Source: Nitrospirota bacterium (GTDB lineage Bacteria; Nitrospirota; UBA9217). From it: DNA of 64,000 bases. The DNA is taken from contig CAVVOB010000039.1 of the NCBI GenBank assembly GCA_963749655.1, positions 1 through 64,000 on the forward strand. Direction: 5' to 3'. Positions 63,806 to 64,000 of this stretch are shown piece by piece (position 1 is the first letter of the stretch; each line of letters opens with the position of its first letter). Below the pieces are notes generated by a model that saw only the letters and a program-made list of their open reading frames with translations, was not told the origin of the DNA and did not search any database. Position numbers and translations under genes: made by a program.

Positions 63806-64000
63806 AAAGGATCAAGAAAACGAACCACAGAACAAATCGGGTGCGCCTGTTCGTGCAAATAGTTCGAAGGGCCGCGAAGCAGCCTAGTCGCACATCCGCC
63901 GATACAATCACCGCAGTAAAACAGCTCTTTTCGATCGCTGAAAGGTTGGAGCACAAATACGACTGGCTTTTGATGAGAAGACTTTTTGCAAAACGGGTGT
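63802..64000 (+). CDS. Hypothetical protein coupled to the Phd gene (runs off the window end)
   Basis: ATGA overlap, RBS GGAGG, open frame MKRIKKTNHRTNRVRLFVQIVRR... Confidence 0.55.
   Translation, partial: MKRIKKTNHRTNRVRLFVQIVRRAAKQPSRTSADTITAVKQLFSIAERLEHKYDWLLMRRLFAKRV

Larger units (their letters stand above)
63052..64000. mobile_element. Probable left edge of an integrated element at selC
   Basis: Abrupt AT increase, degenerate copy of the tRNA 3' end, short basic ORFs and a Phd-type gene; no integrase in the window. Confidence 0.45.

Noticed and set aside
1-64000. Selenoprotein genes (in-frame TGA plus SECIS), expected from selABC
   Set aside because: The interruptions examined are frameshifts, not TGA at a Cys position; none found by eye, though a bSECIS search was not possible

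Overview
GC-rich bacterial chromosome segment. Gene content suggests an anaerobe of the Nitrospirota/Desulfobacterota type (inference). Many single-base indels split genes, including housekeeping genes (rpsR, ssb, hom, thrC), so the sequence looks like an imperfectly polished long-read assembly. Contents in order: (1) 1-19 kb, a minus-strand run of alaC-hom-tusA-moeB-mec(JAMM)-thrC-moaD/cysO-like-NIL-apgM-like-lysC-cimA-rseC-hyp-EF-G paralog-M16-dut-M16-M16-mutL, with a complete ubiquitin-like sulfur-carrier toolkit embedded in the aspartate/homoserine/threonine genes; (2) rpsF-ssb-rpsR-DUF2232 with an S6:S18-type leader; (3) a degenerate nucleotidyltransferase-like gene, a heme-c sensor kinase, tex and a triheme c7 cytochrome; (4) two tandem six-gene hydrogenase-4-like (Ehr) modules whose large subunits lack the NiFe cysteines; (5) nhaA, DUF1634-tauE, glnE, rnr and a Tat metallophosphoesterase; (6) selA-selB, MFS, Kef antiporter and tRNA-Sec, then the probable left edge of an integrated element carrying a Phd-type gene. 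About 19 gene junctions carry short 7-mer (or 9-10-mer) tandem arrays, most arranged as inverted pairs. Best novelty candidates: the ThrC/sulfur-carrier module, the junction repeat elements, the doubled Ehr complex and the selC-adjacent island.
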